Below, piece by piece: positions 11,106 through 22,810 of a stretch of 64,000 bases of DNA. The notes under the pieces are model-generated. The model ran no database searches. It saw only the letters and a list, made by a program, of their open reading frames with translations, and had not been told where the DNA came from. A program made the position numbers and the translations under genes. Every line of letters begins with the position of its first letter. The stretch's first letter is position 1. The stretch is from contig NC_068985.1 in assembly GCF_001194135.2 (NCBI RefSeq), positions 18,943,068 through 19,007,067 on the forward strand. Reading direction: 5' to 3'. Origin of the DNA: Octopus bimaculoides. Lineage: Eukaryota.

Positions 11106-12114
11106 CCTATACATATTAAGTGTTTCTAAAGTTATTTGTTTGTAATTCTTGAATCAGAAAAAAAAGCAGTGCACATGCTGTTTTACAGCTCATAACTAAG
11201 CCATGACTAATTGTAGTTGATATTCGATTTGAATTTTTTCAGATTGTTGTTGGATGGTAAGCATGAGTGGCTTTGAGAAAAGATAGGAAGAAGATGATAT
11301 GAAGTATTGAAAGTGACAGGTGGTATCACTGTAGTGCATCAAATAAATGTTGTGACCTTACGCAAATAACTGTTTAGCTTCACTGTTTTGTCATGTGTTA
11401 TTTCATCTAATAAGGGACTTGTAGTCTATGATCCATGTCTCATCCTCTCTTAGAGTCACAAGCAGCCTTGGTTAAGCTACATCATTTAGTATACTCTCTC
11501 TGTCTCCATCCTTCTTCCTCTCCTCTTTAAACACATACATCATCTAAGTTATTTTTGTTGTTTTTTTCTTTACAGATGGCAGTTTATTTGCTTGTATATA
11601 TTTGCTTCTACAGCCAAAAAAATGTGTGAATACTTTCTGCAACACAAATTATCCTATTGATTTTGTAATACATGAAAATTTGCATATTCAACCTTAAATA
11701 CTTTCCTATGTAACAACAAGTCGGTTCTTACCTTAACATAAGTTGAAGGTTTCACTCATCTAGCATGTGACTCTCCTATCAAAACTAATCCCTTTGGACC
11801 TCATCCATTTCTTATCTACTGGATCGACAGCTTCTTGGTTGCACTATTGCAGCATATGTTGGTGGAGCTCTTTTTGTGCCAGTCTCAGTTAACTTTGGTG
11901 TACCTGAGAGCTCAGGTTTGTTCCCTTCTCACTTCTTGCCATCACACTCAGCAATATTCACAATCTTCTTTAACCATGCATCATCCAAATGCAATCTATA
12001 TATCACATATCAAACCTGCCTTGATTCCATTAATAGGGACCTCAAAAACTTCTTCCAATGAAGATATGCTTATCTTGAATTTTCAATAGCAAAAAACACA
12101 AGCACACTGCACAG

Positions 12115-12335
12115 ATGCCTTTCTACTATAGGTACAAAGCTCGAAAATTTGAAGGATGTTGATAGTCTATTACATCGAGCCCATTGCTCAGCTAGTACTT
12201 ATTTTATCAACTCCAAAAAGATGAAAGGCAATGTCGACCTCAGTGAAATTTGAACTCAAAACATACAGACAAACGAGACAAATACTAAGTATTTTGCCTG
12301 GCATGCTAATAATTCTGCCAGCTTGCTACCATAAG
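12115..12335 (-). mobile_element. SINE family C (tRNA-derived, GGGTCGATAAAATAAGTACCAG-type core)
   Basis: TTCTACTATAGG...GTACTTATTTTATC...AAAGATGAAAGGC...GTCGACCTC...TTTGAACTC; matches 23245-23430. Confidence 0.75.
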
Positions 12336-12442
12336 CACACTACTCATATTAAGAAAGTGTCATCATATCCTTCAATCTCTTTAACTTGAGCCTTCATATA
12401 TCTGCACTCGTATATCTGTCAATAGAGTGGGTATATTATCTG

Positions 12443-12704
12443 AAGTGTACAGTATTATATATCCATTACGGCCAATCTTACCAATCGGTTTCACACTTGG
12501 GATTCAATGGAGTGTTAGGTAATAATCCAATCATGTAACCCTGTGCTCATCAGAGGTTGTCATTAGTGAAGAAATATGGTGACTCTAACTTTGATGAGCA
12601 CAGGGTTATGTAATTGGTGGATTGTTACCTAACACTCTATTGAGTACCAAGTGTGAAACCAATTGGTAAGATCAGCTGTAATGGATATATAATACTGTAC
12701 ACTT
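12443..12704. repeat. Palindromic element of about 260 bp (MITE/foldback-like)
   Basis: 12443-12562 is the reverse complement of 12580-12704 (outer 27 bp perfect, roughly 85-90 percent overall by manual alignment); loop about 17 nt. Confidence 0.8.
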
Positions 12705-12709
12705 TGGCT

Positions 12710-15175
12710 GATATATATATGTTCCATGCTTCAGCAACTCTGAGCGTGAAAAAATGTTTCTGAAAGTCATGGGAGCTGTGCTGTTTTCGGACTTTCTAGG
12801 CATGCCCATGTGTGTTAAACACATGGAGCTCAAAAAGGTGTTCAAAGTGGTTGTTGGCACAATGGTTAATAATTTTGTGGGTGTTTACCAAATCAGTTGC
12901 CAGACGTTGGAGCTTCAATGTATCTATGCCCAAGGAAGCAAGATATCCAGAGTATGGTAGATGCCTGATGGAAGGTATTTGCTTGGTTGCATGTCTCTGA
13001 ACAGTTTCCAGGAGGTCAATGTCCTGAGCCAGGTAGGGGCTCCAGACTGGTGATGCAAATTCCAAGTGTAGCCACACCATAGCCATATACAGCCTTAAAT
13101 AGATAATTGGAGATCAGCTGACAAAGGTTTTGCTGAGTGATGCCAAGACACCGTTGGCCTTCTTGACAATTTTAGAGATGTGCTTTGTCCAGCACAAATT
13201 GCTGACAGCAATGCCCAGGTCACGTTCACAAGAAGACTTCTTGATATTAATGTTGTGGAGAGAGTATGTGGATGCTGGGTTTTTCCTCCCAAAATGGATG
13301 GTGGTACACTTGTCCACAGCCAGCTTTAGTTATCAGTCCATGATCCATTGTTGCATTGTGTCCAGGTCTGACTGCAGGAAAGATCTATAGTGTTCAGGAT
13401 ATGTCCTTTTTATCTCAAGGTACAGCTTGATGTCATCTGCAAATTTCAGCACTGTGGCATTCTTTAAGTTGGCATTTATGTCATTAATGTATGCAATAAA
13501 TAAAAGGGGACTAAGAACAGATCCCTGTAGTACACCAGATGACATCTCACAGGGTAAAGAATGTTACCCTAGAACCGTGACTACCTCTCTTTGGTTGAGA
13601 ATGAAGGACTCTAACTAGTTAAAAAGATCATCTTTCACACCCATTGCAGAGAGTTTTGCTATAAGTCTTTTGTGTGACACAGAATTAAAAGCTTTAGCAA
13701 AGTCAAGGTAAACAACATCCACCCATGAGCCGCCGCCAGTAACCCAGGTGATGTCTTCAAGAAACTTGGTAAGTTGATCACAGCAGCTGGAGTTAGGGAT
13801 AAATCCAAATTGTGAGGTCCGGATAGGGTTGTGAGAATTCCAGAAGTTCCAGAGTATTTCTCTGACACAGGATTCCATCAGTTTGGCAATGCAACTAGTA
13901 GGACCGACTGGATGATAGTTGACAGGCAACGTGCAGTCACCTTCTTTGAACAGAAGAATGACACTGGCAGTTTTCCACTGCTCCAGAGTAGCACCATTGT
14001 TAAGACAGAACTGAAAGAAGAGTGAAAGCTGGTGCAGAAGCAGGTACATAACACCATCAAGACCAGGAGAGACATAGTTGCGTTTATTCTTATGGTGACA
14101 TCACAGCATTACAGGTGTAAATTCCATAGTTATTATGGAATTTGGTATCAGAGGTGGTGGAGATGGTACGTTTTGGTTTTCAATAGTAAAAATGCCTGCA
14201 TAGCATTCAGCAATGAGTTCTGCACATTCTTTGGGATTGTCAGTAATCTGGCTTGTGTGGGGATTGTGATGAGGACCAACTGGAGATGAGGTCTCTGCTT
14301 TGAATGTACATATTTCCAGAATGCCTTACTGCCAGGGTTGGTTGCTATGGGCTGCTCAAATTCAAGCACAGCCTTTTTTGTCACCTGCTTGAGATGGTTG
14401 AATGATTTATTACACTTTTTCCTATTTATATCTGATTTATGCAGTTTGTATTCCTGTTTGAAAAAGATGGCTGTTTTGGTAATGCAAATAACTGTTGTGT
14501 GTTAGATAACAGTGTTTTGTGAATTGATATCAGAAGGTAACAACTGTAAAACTAAATTAAGGAAGACTTGAAAATAGGAATAAAATCAGATTCGAGAACA
14601 TTTAGTTGCACTGATAAGAAAACAGTTTTGGGAGACACAGAGAGAAATGTAGTGTTGCTAACCAGTTCAATTAATAGTGGAAGAAGAGGAAGAATGGGAG
14701 GAGAATGCAAAGATGATGTGCAAAGGATTAGCATTTCAAAGCTTCATTGGATAATCAAGTACAAAAAAAAAAAAATGCATCTCAGTATGATCCTTCATTA
14801 GGCCCCACTTGCTAACTGCTAAAAGTGAACTATAGAAAATTATGTCAGGTTATCAGGAAGTTTGCAACCAATGTACTATTATTATATATTAGTATCAACA
14901 AGTCTTTCTTACTGCCAACAACACTAAAGTCACCGATTTCCTTGAACTGTGTGCCACCATTGAAACAAATTAGTAAATGGCATTCATCTTCACTGACGAT
15001 CATGTACTCGCTTTTCTTTGCATTGGAAAACAGACTGGCCTTGGTTGTAGTGTTCTCAAAGGATGTTAACAAGCTTTGAGCATCACGCAGTTGATGGGCT
15101 TTGAAGGGAAGATCAACAGCATAGTCAAGGTCAGAGAAATACAGATTCTACTGATGTCTTGGTCACATAATATTG
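12710..15175 (-). mobile_element. CR1-group LINE ORF2 (endonuclease and RT), fragmented by stops and frameshifts
   Basis: EIGDFS (EN); QFGFIPNSSCCDQL...VDVVYLDFAKAFNSVSHKRLIAKL; SGVLQGSVLSPLLFIAYIND...KFADDIKLY; KCTTIHFGRKNP; LEFASPVWSPYLAQDIDLLETVQRHATK; FFTLRVAEAWN. Confidence 0.92.
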
Positions 15176-15499
15176 TAATATAATCAAGTTTATATTTTTA
15201 ATGGGCAATATTTACATTAATATGTTTGTTTTTTGATAAAATCCGTTCAAAGAGTAAACCAGTAAAACCTACATAAAAGCCAACAGCTTACATGTGCACA
15301 TGTGTATGTGTGTGTGTGCATGCATGCATGTGTGCATGTGTGCAAGTAAGCACTTAAGAGTGATTAAGAGGGAGAAAGGAGAATGCTCATTACTGACAGC
15401 TTAGAGGAAATATTGCTCAAGAAACCAACAATAGAATCAAACCCACAATCTCATGATTGTTAAGTGAGCTTTTTAACCACTTAATCAAGTTACACCCAT

Positions 15500-15570
15500 A
15501 CTCTCTATATGTATTGTGTGTATGTGCATGTGTGTATTTGTATGTATGTATGTGTATATATATCTATCTA

Positions 15571-15655
<85 letters not shown>

Positions 15656-15974
15656 NNNNNNNNNNNNNNNNNNNNNNNNNNNNNNNNNNNNNNNNNNNNN
15701 NNNNNNNNNNNNNNNNNNNNNNNNNNNNNNNNNNNNNNNNNNNNNNNNNNNNNNNNNNNNNNNNNNNNNNNNNNNNNNNNNNNNNNNNNNNNNNNNNNNN
15801 NNNNNNNNNNNNNNNNNNNNNNNNNNNNNNNNNNNNNNNNNNNNNNNNNNNNNNNNNNNNNNNNNNNNNNNNNNNNNNNNNNNNNNNNNNNNNNNNNNNN
15901 NNNNNNNNNNNNNNNNNNNNNNNNNNNNNNNNNNNNNNNNNNNNNNNNNNNNNNNNNNNNNNNNNNNNNNNNNN

Positions 15975-16005
<31 letters not shown>
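15500..16005. repeat. Compound microsatellite (TG/TCTA/TA) containing an assembly gap at 15656-15974
   Basis: Read directly from the sequence. Confidence 0.95.
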
Positions 16006-16006
<1 letters not shown>

Positions 16007-16139
16007 AAGCTGATCTCAGGAGGACAAATGAATGCAACAAATGATAAGATGCTGTACTGGAGAGGAGCCATCCAATCCATGCAAATACAGAGAAATCAAC
16101 ATAAAATTAGAATGATTACAATGAAGATAATACAATAAT

Positions 16140-16315
16140 GATGTCATTCTGTAATGTAAAAAGCACCCAGTACTGTATTGTGTGTATGTGCATGCACCCA
16201 GTACACTCTGTAAAGCGGTTGGCATTATGGAGGGCATCCAGACATTGAAACTGTGCTAAAACTGACAACTGGAGCCTGTGCAGCTCTCTGGCTGGCCAGC
16301 TCCTGTCAAACTGAT
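16140..16315 (+). mobile_element. RTE-type 3' tail fragment
   Basis: AAAAAGCACCCAGTAC...GGAGGGCATCCAG...CTCCTGTCAAACTG. Confidence 0.7.
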
Positions 16316-16329
16316 CTTTATTCTTTATT

Positions 16330-16560
16330 CTAATCAGTTAAGTGGCCTTTCTCTGAATGTAGTTTAAAACGTCTGTATGGCCATCTATATGTAGCTCATC
16401 CAGTAGCATCATCCAGGATGTGCAAGCAATATTTTTTTGTACACTTCAACTGAACTTTGTGATCTTTGTGAGCTTGCCGTCTTGGTTGCCAATAATGAGA
16501 TTTAATCTCTAAAATAGGAATATTTCTTTTGCTGGGGTAGGGAAATGGAGGATTCTTCTG
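16330..16560 (-). mobile_element. Degenerate LINE RT C-terminal fragment
   Basis: HKVQLKCTKKYCLHILDDA and VLNYIQRKAT*LI resemble the YK.Q.RP.LEYCSHIW and L..IQR.A..LI motifs. Confidence 0.4.
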
Positions 16561-16569
16561 ACTGAATAA

Positions 16570-17125
16570 TACAGGGTGTTCCAAAAGTCAATAATGGGTT
16601 TCAATTTTTAATAACTTCCTTAACTTTACATAAATGCATGAAATTTTGATACAATGTAAAAGACATAATGGAAATTTATATGCACCAGTCAAATTTTGTA
16701 ACATCACTACACCACATATGAAAAATGACATTACTTAAATGGCAGCCATTTTCAGCTTTGGACATCCATGCTCTTTCCAAAACTTGCACCATAACACTCT
16801 CAAGAGTTTCAGACCCCACTTCTCTGATTTCTCTATTGATGTTCTCCTTCAGTTGCCCCAGGGTCTCCGGTTTGTTGACATAAACCCTCTCTTTTGGGTA
16901 TCCCCACAAGAAAAACTCCAGGCTAGTCAAGTCTGTAGAATGTGAAGGCCATTCAAAGTAGACCTCACACCTGGTTCCAGCAAGATGGGGCAACTGCTCA
17001 TACCACAGGAAAAACAATGCAGTTGCTACGGCAGTGCTTTGGAGAGAGAATAATTTCCTGCTACAGCAATGTCAACTGGCCTTCATGTCCTTTACATTGG
17101 TATCAAAATTTGTATCACAAATGTT
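16570..17125 (-). mobile_element. Tc1/mariner DNA transposon remnant with an internal inversion
   Basis: TA plus TIR CAGGGTGTTCCAAAAG at 16570; minus strand WPSHSTDLTSLEFFLWGYPKERVYVNKPETLGQLK; plus strand WFQQDGATAHT...NVNWP at 16970-17080. Confidence 0.85.
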
Positions 17126-17414
17126 TTACTAATGTAAACAAGACAATTTCATTGATAGTTTTGCCCAAATTTACAGTGATTTCATTTTTTAGTTTTTGTT
17201 ATTGTTTAAATAAGGAATTTAAATTTTAAACTCATACCATAACTAAATAACTTTAATCAATTCAATTTGTTTCAAATGGTTAAGAGAATTTCTTTTCAAA
17301 ATTTTACCAAATAAGCTTCATACAATCTAGCATCAAAATTCAAAACAGTATATTATATTCAAAGAACTTTGTAACTGTATGACAATAATTCTTACTTTCA
17401 TTTGACCTTTGAAT

Positions 17415-17644
17415 TTCACTCTTTAGCATTTAAACTGGCCATATTCAGCCTAAATATTCTACCTGTTTTATGTTCAAACTACCCAGATCTGGTCTCCCTC
17501 ATCTGCTCTAAAATATTATGCTAAATACAAACAATCACATCATCAAAATCTCAAAACAAAAAGATCATGAGTGATTAATTCAAAACAATGTGAATAAATA
17601 AGTATTAAATTTGACAAAGTAATTTGAATGTTAAAAGGGTTAGA
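17415..17644 (+). mobile_element. MITE with TTAA|CCCTTT...AAAGGG|TTAA-type ends (piggyBac-like), copy 1
   Basis: Same 230-bp body as 35574-35801, 39445-39730 and 46664-46888; degenerate CTTTAGCATT / AAAGGGTTA termini. Confidence 0.7.
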
Positions 17645-17894
17645 GTAAAAATCTAATAATGTTTTTGTTTTTTTCCAAATAATTTCTTGACTATGTTTTC
17701 AAATGCTTCAAAGTACAATTTGGATTAATTCACATGTAATATAACAATTTTGCTTAAAAATCCTTTGCAATCCATCCATTTCCCCAAATATACTCATTAA
17801 TAATCTTTTGTAGCTTGCTGTAGTTTTTTCCTTTCAAAATGTATTAATTTTCTTTCTAATATGTAATATTATGAGTTTAATTGTTTCCAAGTGA

Positions 17895-17924
<30 letters not shown>

Positions 17925-17929
<5 letters not shown>

Positions 17930-18050
17930 CTCTTTTACTCTTTTACTCCTTTACTTGTTTCAGTCATTTGACTGTGGCCATGCTGGTGCACTGCCTTTAG
18001 TCGAGCAAATCGACCCCAGGACTTTTTCTTTGTAAGCCTAGTACTTATAT
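17925..18050 (-). mobile_element. SINE family A tail
   Basis: CTTTTACTCTTTTACTC...CAGTCATTTGACTG...AGTCGAGCAAATCGACCCCAGG. Confidence 0.85.
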
Positions 18051-18729
18051 CAACTAAAATTTGAGGTTCTTCAAATGAAGCCTTTTGAAATATTTGTTCT
18101 GCACTGATTTACAGACACTTCCATGCACATTTGCCAATGGAAATGCAGTCTACTGTGTGATTGGCTCACTGGAAACTTGTAACCGGTAACCTATTATTCA
18201 TCAACTACAATATAAAATTAAATAAATAACTGACTTCTCTTATTATATAGGTCACATGAATTATTAAAAAAAAAATTTATACCTTTTCATTTAAAATGGC
18301 ATTGTTAAAGGTATTTAGAGTACTGAAATTCTTAAGCTGTTATGAGATGATAGCAATAAATAAGAAAAAAAAAAAAAAATTATTTAGAAGCCAGCAGCTT
18401 TACAAGCTTGGTTTTCAAAATCCAATGAAACAGCATAAAAAGATAACGAGAAAACAGGAAATTACTGGTGATAAGGAAGTTTTCTTTGAGCGGAATGGTT
18501 TGCTGAAATTATGGTAGTTTAGCATTGCAGATAGGCAATTGTGATTCAGTTTTATCATTTGTGTTTACAAAATTGTTATATAACAGAACAGGTGTAGAAG
18601 GAAGGACTTAGCAGTATTATTCACACACTCACACATACTTGATATGTACTTGTTTACATGTTCAGCCTGTCAGCTGTGGCCATGCTGGAGTGCTGCTGTT
18701 AGGCAATGGTTACAGTGGATGACTACCTG

Positions 18730-18761
<32 letters not shown>

Positions 18762-19149
18762 TGTATGTGTGTATGTGTGTATGTCTCTTCTATTTTTTAA
18801 AATTATTATAAATCTTCCACTGAGGAAGGAACTAGTTTTCAACAAAGATACAAGGCTCTATCTTTGGGATGTAGTTTACACAGACAAATTCACATTTGGA
18901 ACTTGAGAAAAGTCTTGCATATTTTTACTGTTCCACTTACAGACTGCACTTGTAATGTACGAATTAGCCGGTCGATTTCTCTTTCTGAAGATCCCAGTTT
19001 ATTCAGATTCTCCTTTAAGCATTTACTAATAAAACCTAATGCTCCAATTATTATTGGTATGAATATGAATTCATAGTCTGAATATAGAAGCTGGAGGTTT
19101 TGAAACAGTTATCCATACATGTCCTCTTTTTCTTTGATTTTCAAACATT

Positions 19150-19890
19150 GAGCCTCACAGAGGCAATGACAGGAGACCGAGACCTTTGGAGGTATGCTTT
19201 GATTGAGAAGACCCGGCAGCTAAAGTGAGATCACAGCCATGGCCGATGCCAGTGTTGCATGTCTGGCCCAATTAAGAGTACCCATGATGTGTTGGGTGAT
19301 ATGATATACTTGAGAAGACCTGTTGAGTCAAGTAAAACCAAAATTGTAGCTGTGAGTGCCCCTGACTGGCTTCCATGCCAGTGGCACATAAAAAGCACTA
19401 TCTGAACGTGATTGACACCAGGACTGCCTGACTGGTCCCCATGCTGGTAGCATGTAAAAAGCACCATCTGAACATGGCTGATGCCAGTACCCCCTGACTG
19501 GCTCCCATGCCAGTGGCACATAAAAAGCACCATCTGAACATGGCTGATGCCAGTACTCCCTGACTGGCTCTTGTGCCAGTGGCATGTAAAAAGCACCATG
19601 TGAAAGTGGCTGATGCCAGTACCCCCTGACTGGTGCCCGTGTCAGTGGCACATAAAAAGCACTATCCAAATGTGATTGGTGCCAGGATCACCTGACTGGC
19701 TCCTGTACCGGTGGCACATAAAAAGCACCCACTCTTGGAGTGGTTGGTGTTAGGGAGGGCATCCAGCTATAGAAACATTGCCAGATCAGATTGGAGCCTG
19801 GTGCAGCCACTGGCTCTCCAGACCTCAGTCAAACCGTCCAGCCCATGCCAGCATGGAAAATGGACGTTAAAAGATGATGATGATTTATAT
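19150..19890 (+). mobile_element. RTE LINE 3' end nested in the R4 element
   Basis: AGCCTCACAGAGGCAATGAC...CTTGAGAAGACC modules, then a 66-bp array, then the tail ending GATGATGATG. Confidence 0.85.
19361..19730. repeat. 66-bp minisatellite, six units (last one partial)
   Basis: CCTGACTGG recurs at 19361, 19427, 19493, 19559, 19625 and 19691, an exact 66-bp period. Confidence 0.95.
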
Positions 19891-20363
19891 ATGCAGGGCA
19901 GCTGATCTCATACCTTTGCCCCTCTGTCCCAAACAATAATATCCGGCCTGTTGTCTTTACATTTGACAGAAGTTTTGGTGGAAATATTCCACCAGTATTC
20001 CTTAAGTTGGTGTTTATGAATATATTCCATAACAGAGGGATTTTCTAAGTTTATTTCAGGATAGTCTTTTTTGCGGATGACATTGTAAATTGTTTTAGCA
20101 GCATCGTGCCACATAAGGAGGCAGTACCGTGATGACATTTTAGGACAGCTGCTGATCACATGCATGGTGTCCTCCACAGAAACATGACTTAACCTACACA
20201 CGCGGTTGCACCTTGGGATTACAAGAGTGTCACTGTCTCCCTTGTTCACCAGGTACTTTGTGGCAATCTCCTGTTACTGGATTGCAAATGCATAACCTTC
20301 GAAATGTAATGTGATGTATTGGTCTCGTGTTCAAGAGAAGCTGAACTTTGAGTCAATTCTAAT

Positions 20364-20489
20364 GTATGTATGTATGCATTTATGCATGCATGCATGCATG
20401 CATGTATGTATGTATGTATGTATGTATGTATGTATGTATGTATGATTGCATGCATGTATATATGTGTGCATGCATGTGTACATACATGT

Positions 20490-20535
<46 letters not shown>
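20364..20535. repeat. (TATG)/(CATG)/(TA) microsatellite
   Basis: Read directly from the sequence. Confidence 0.95.
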
Positions 20536-20539
<4 letters not shown>

Positions 20540-21069
20540 TATCATCATTATTTAATGTCTGCTTTCCATGCTGGCATGGGTTAGATGTTTTGACTGGAAC
20601 TGGTAAGTCAGGGAGCTGCACCAGGTTCCAGTCTGATTTGGCATGGTTTCTATGGCTGGATGCCTTTCCTAACACCAATCACTCCAAGAGTGAAATGGGT
20701 CCGTTTATGTGCTGCTGGCATGGGTACCATTTACATGACACTGGCAACGGCCACAATTACAAGTCTTCTCAGCATAGCATCACCAAAAGTCTTGGTCACT
20801 TATTATCACCTCTGTGAGGCCCAACATTTAAAGATCATGCTTCACCACCTCATACCATGTCTTCTGGGTCTACCTCTTCCACAGGTTCCCTTCATAGTTA
20901 GAGATCAGCACTTCTTTACACAGCTGTCCTCGTCTACACGCATCACCTGACCATACTAGTGCAGTTGTCTCTCTTGCACACCACATCTGATGCCTCCTAT
21001 ACCCAACCTTTCTCTCAAGATGCTTACACTCTATCGTACATGCACACTGACATTGCACACCCAGTGAAG

Positions 21070-21070
<1 letters not shown>
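20540..21070 (-). mobile_element. RTE LINE 3' end (RT C-terminus, UTR and tail)
   Basis: VQERQLH*YGQVMRVDEDSCVKKC*SLTMKGTCGRGRPR, then UTR and (CAT)n tail. Confidence 0.85.
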
Positions 21071-21160
<90 letters not shown>

Positions 21161-21164
21161 CATC

Positions 21165-21800
21165 ATCACCAACATAATTTTAATGTACATTTTTCCATAC
21201 TTGCATTTGTTGGATGGAGCTTACAGAGGCAGATTTTCAACAGTTGGATGCCCTTCCAAACATCAATCATTTTACAGTGTGGACTGGATGCACCAGCATG
21301 GTCACCAAGTAACTCGCAAGACAAAGATCCTTTGAGAGGGATGGGGCATTGAACGAGGTGGCCTTGTTCCAGGTGATGAGAGGTTAGAGTGTGACAGAGC
21401 GATAGAAACAGGTGTCTTGCTGTAGTGGAGATACGTGATTACCCAGTCAGAGGGAGAGAGCAAGAGAAGAGAGAGAGAGAGAGAGAGTGATCAAGAATGA
21501 GAAAGAGAGTGAAAGAGGGTGAGAGAGAGATAGTGGTGAAGTGCCAAGGCATACCCTCAAGGTACAAGGATCAGAATATAAATGGGATGATAGAGTATTA
21601 CCAAGGGTGTATGAGTAGGGAGTAGGGACTTCATATGAATGCAAAGAGTGTGGTGTGGGGATGCAGTGACTGGTGAAATGTGGGCATATAGAGGAGGTGG
21701 GTGACAACAGGATAACAATGATACAGAATAGGGCAATGAGGACATGATTGGGGAGCAAGAGATAAGCATAAGCATAGTGCATGAAAAAGAGGAAATGTGA
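21165..21800 (-). mobile_element. Family E repeat: unclassified GA/CT-skewed body fused to an RTE-type tail
   Basis: TAGTGGTGAAGTGCCAAGGCATACCCTCAAGGTACAAG also occurs reversed near 49130-49160; GACACCTG and TCTTGCRAGTTAC junction motifs shared with 49060-49590 and partly with 34170-34500. Confidence 0.55.
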
Positions 21801-21853
21801 GGAAGAGAAGAGGAGATGTAGTTTGGTTTGCTGGACTACGAATATCAGTAAAG

Positions 21854-21863
21854 NNNNNNNNNN
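21854..21863. other. Assembly gap
   Basis: N characters. Confidence 1.
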
Positions 21864-21913
<50 letters not shown>

Positions 21914-21924
21914 ATCAGCATCAT

Positions 21925-22110
21925 TATTATTGTCATCGTTTTAACAACCTCTTCCCATGCTTATGAGAGTCAGGCAGAATTCATTGAGATAGATTTTTCT
22001 ACAGTCAAATGTCCTTCCTGTTTCCAACTTGCACCTGCTTCCAAGCAAGGTAATATTTCCCCATGGAGAGACATATATACATTTGAGACTTTCACTAGCG
22101 ATCCCTCAGG
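21925..22110 (-). mobile_element. SINE family B tail only
   Basis: CAGAATTCATTGAGATAGATTTTCTAC...TTCCAAGCAAGGTAATATTTCCCCATGG. Confidence 0.65.
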
Positions 22111-22339
22111 TGTTATTTATCTAATTGGGTCAAACCAATAAGAAAGACCACTTGAATTCTCCTCTATTTCACCAATGTTTTAGATTTGTACCTGTCGGTG
22201 CTGAATCACTATTAACTTTCACCCATGGATTGTCTTGGTTTTCTTTCAAATTTATGCACTTTTTATACTATTTTCTGTATAAATATGACTTGATGCCTTG
22301 TAACTACCTGTTCATATTTAATTCAATTTTACCCACACT

Positions 22340-22810
22340 AAGGCAGTGAGTTGGCAGAATCATTAACATGCGACGAGCTGGCAGAAACGTTAGCATGCCA
22401 GGTGAAATGCTTAGCGGTATTTCGTCTGCCATTACGTTCTGAGTTCAAATTCTGCCAAGGACGATTTTTCCTTTCATCCTTTCGGGGTCGATAAATTAAG
22501 TACCAGTTACCCATTGGGGCTGATGTAATCAACTTAATCCCTTTGTCTGTCCTTCTTTGTCCCCTCTATGTTTAGCCCCTTGTGGGCAACGAAAAAATAA
22601 GAATCATTAGCATGCCAGGGAAAATGCTTACAAGCATTTTGTTCCTTTTTATGTTGTGAGTTCAAATTCTGCTGACATTGACTTTGCTTTTCATCATTTC
22701 AGGATTGATAAAATAACTGCCAGTTGATCACTGAGGTTGATGTAATTGACTTACCTGTTCCCCAACCCAAATTTCTGGCCTTGTGTCAAAATGTGAAACC
22801 ATTATGCCTA
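22340..22810 (+). mobile_element. Family C SINE (22371-22600) inserted into an older family C SINE
   Basis: Target site duplication GAATCATTAACATG (22357-22370) / GAATCATTAGCATG (22601-22614); the outer copy resumes CCAGGGAAAATGC. Confidence 0.8.

Larger units (their letters stand above)
18890..20350 (-). mobile_element. R4/Dong-type non-LTR retrotransposon 3' end (zinc knuckle and restriction-like endonuclease), split by an RTE insertion
   Basis: EGYAFAIQ*QEIATKYL...CRLSHVSVEDTMHVISSCP...WWN...NRPDIIVWDR, frameshift, YEISCPA; resumes at about 19150 as LKIKEKEDMYG*LFQNLQLLYSDYEFIFIPIIIGALG...GTVKICKTFLKFQM* (stop at 18890-18892). Confidence 0.85.

Noticed and set aside
16396-16584. Terminal exon with downstream AATAAA
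   Set aside because: The peptide aligns by eye with LINE RT C-terminal motifs and is flanked by TEs.
18941-19090. Minus-strand exon with strong TCT|gtaagt donor
   Set aside because: The frame reads through the donor to the natural C-terminus of the R4/Dong ORF.
19361-19730. Regularly spaced repeats suggesting a CRISPR array
   Set aside because: The whole 66-bp unit repeats with no unique spacers, no cas genes are present, and the array lies inside a eukaryotic LINE UTR.
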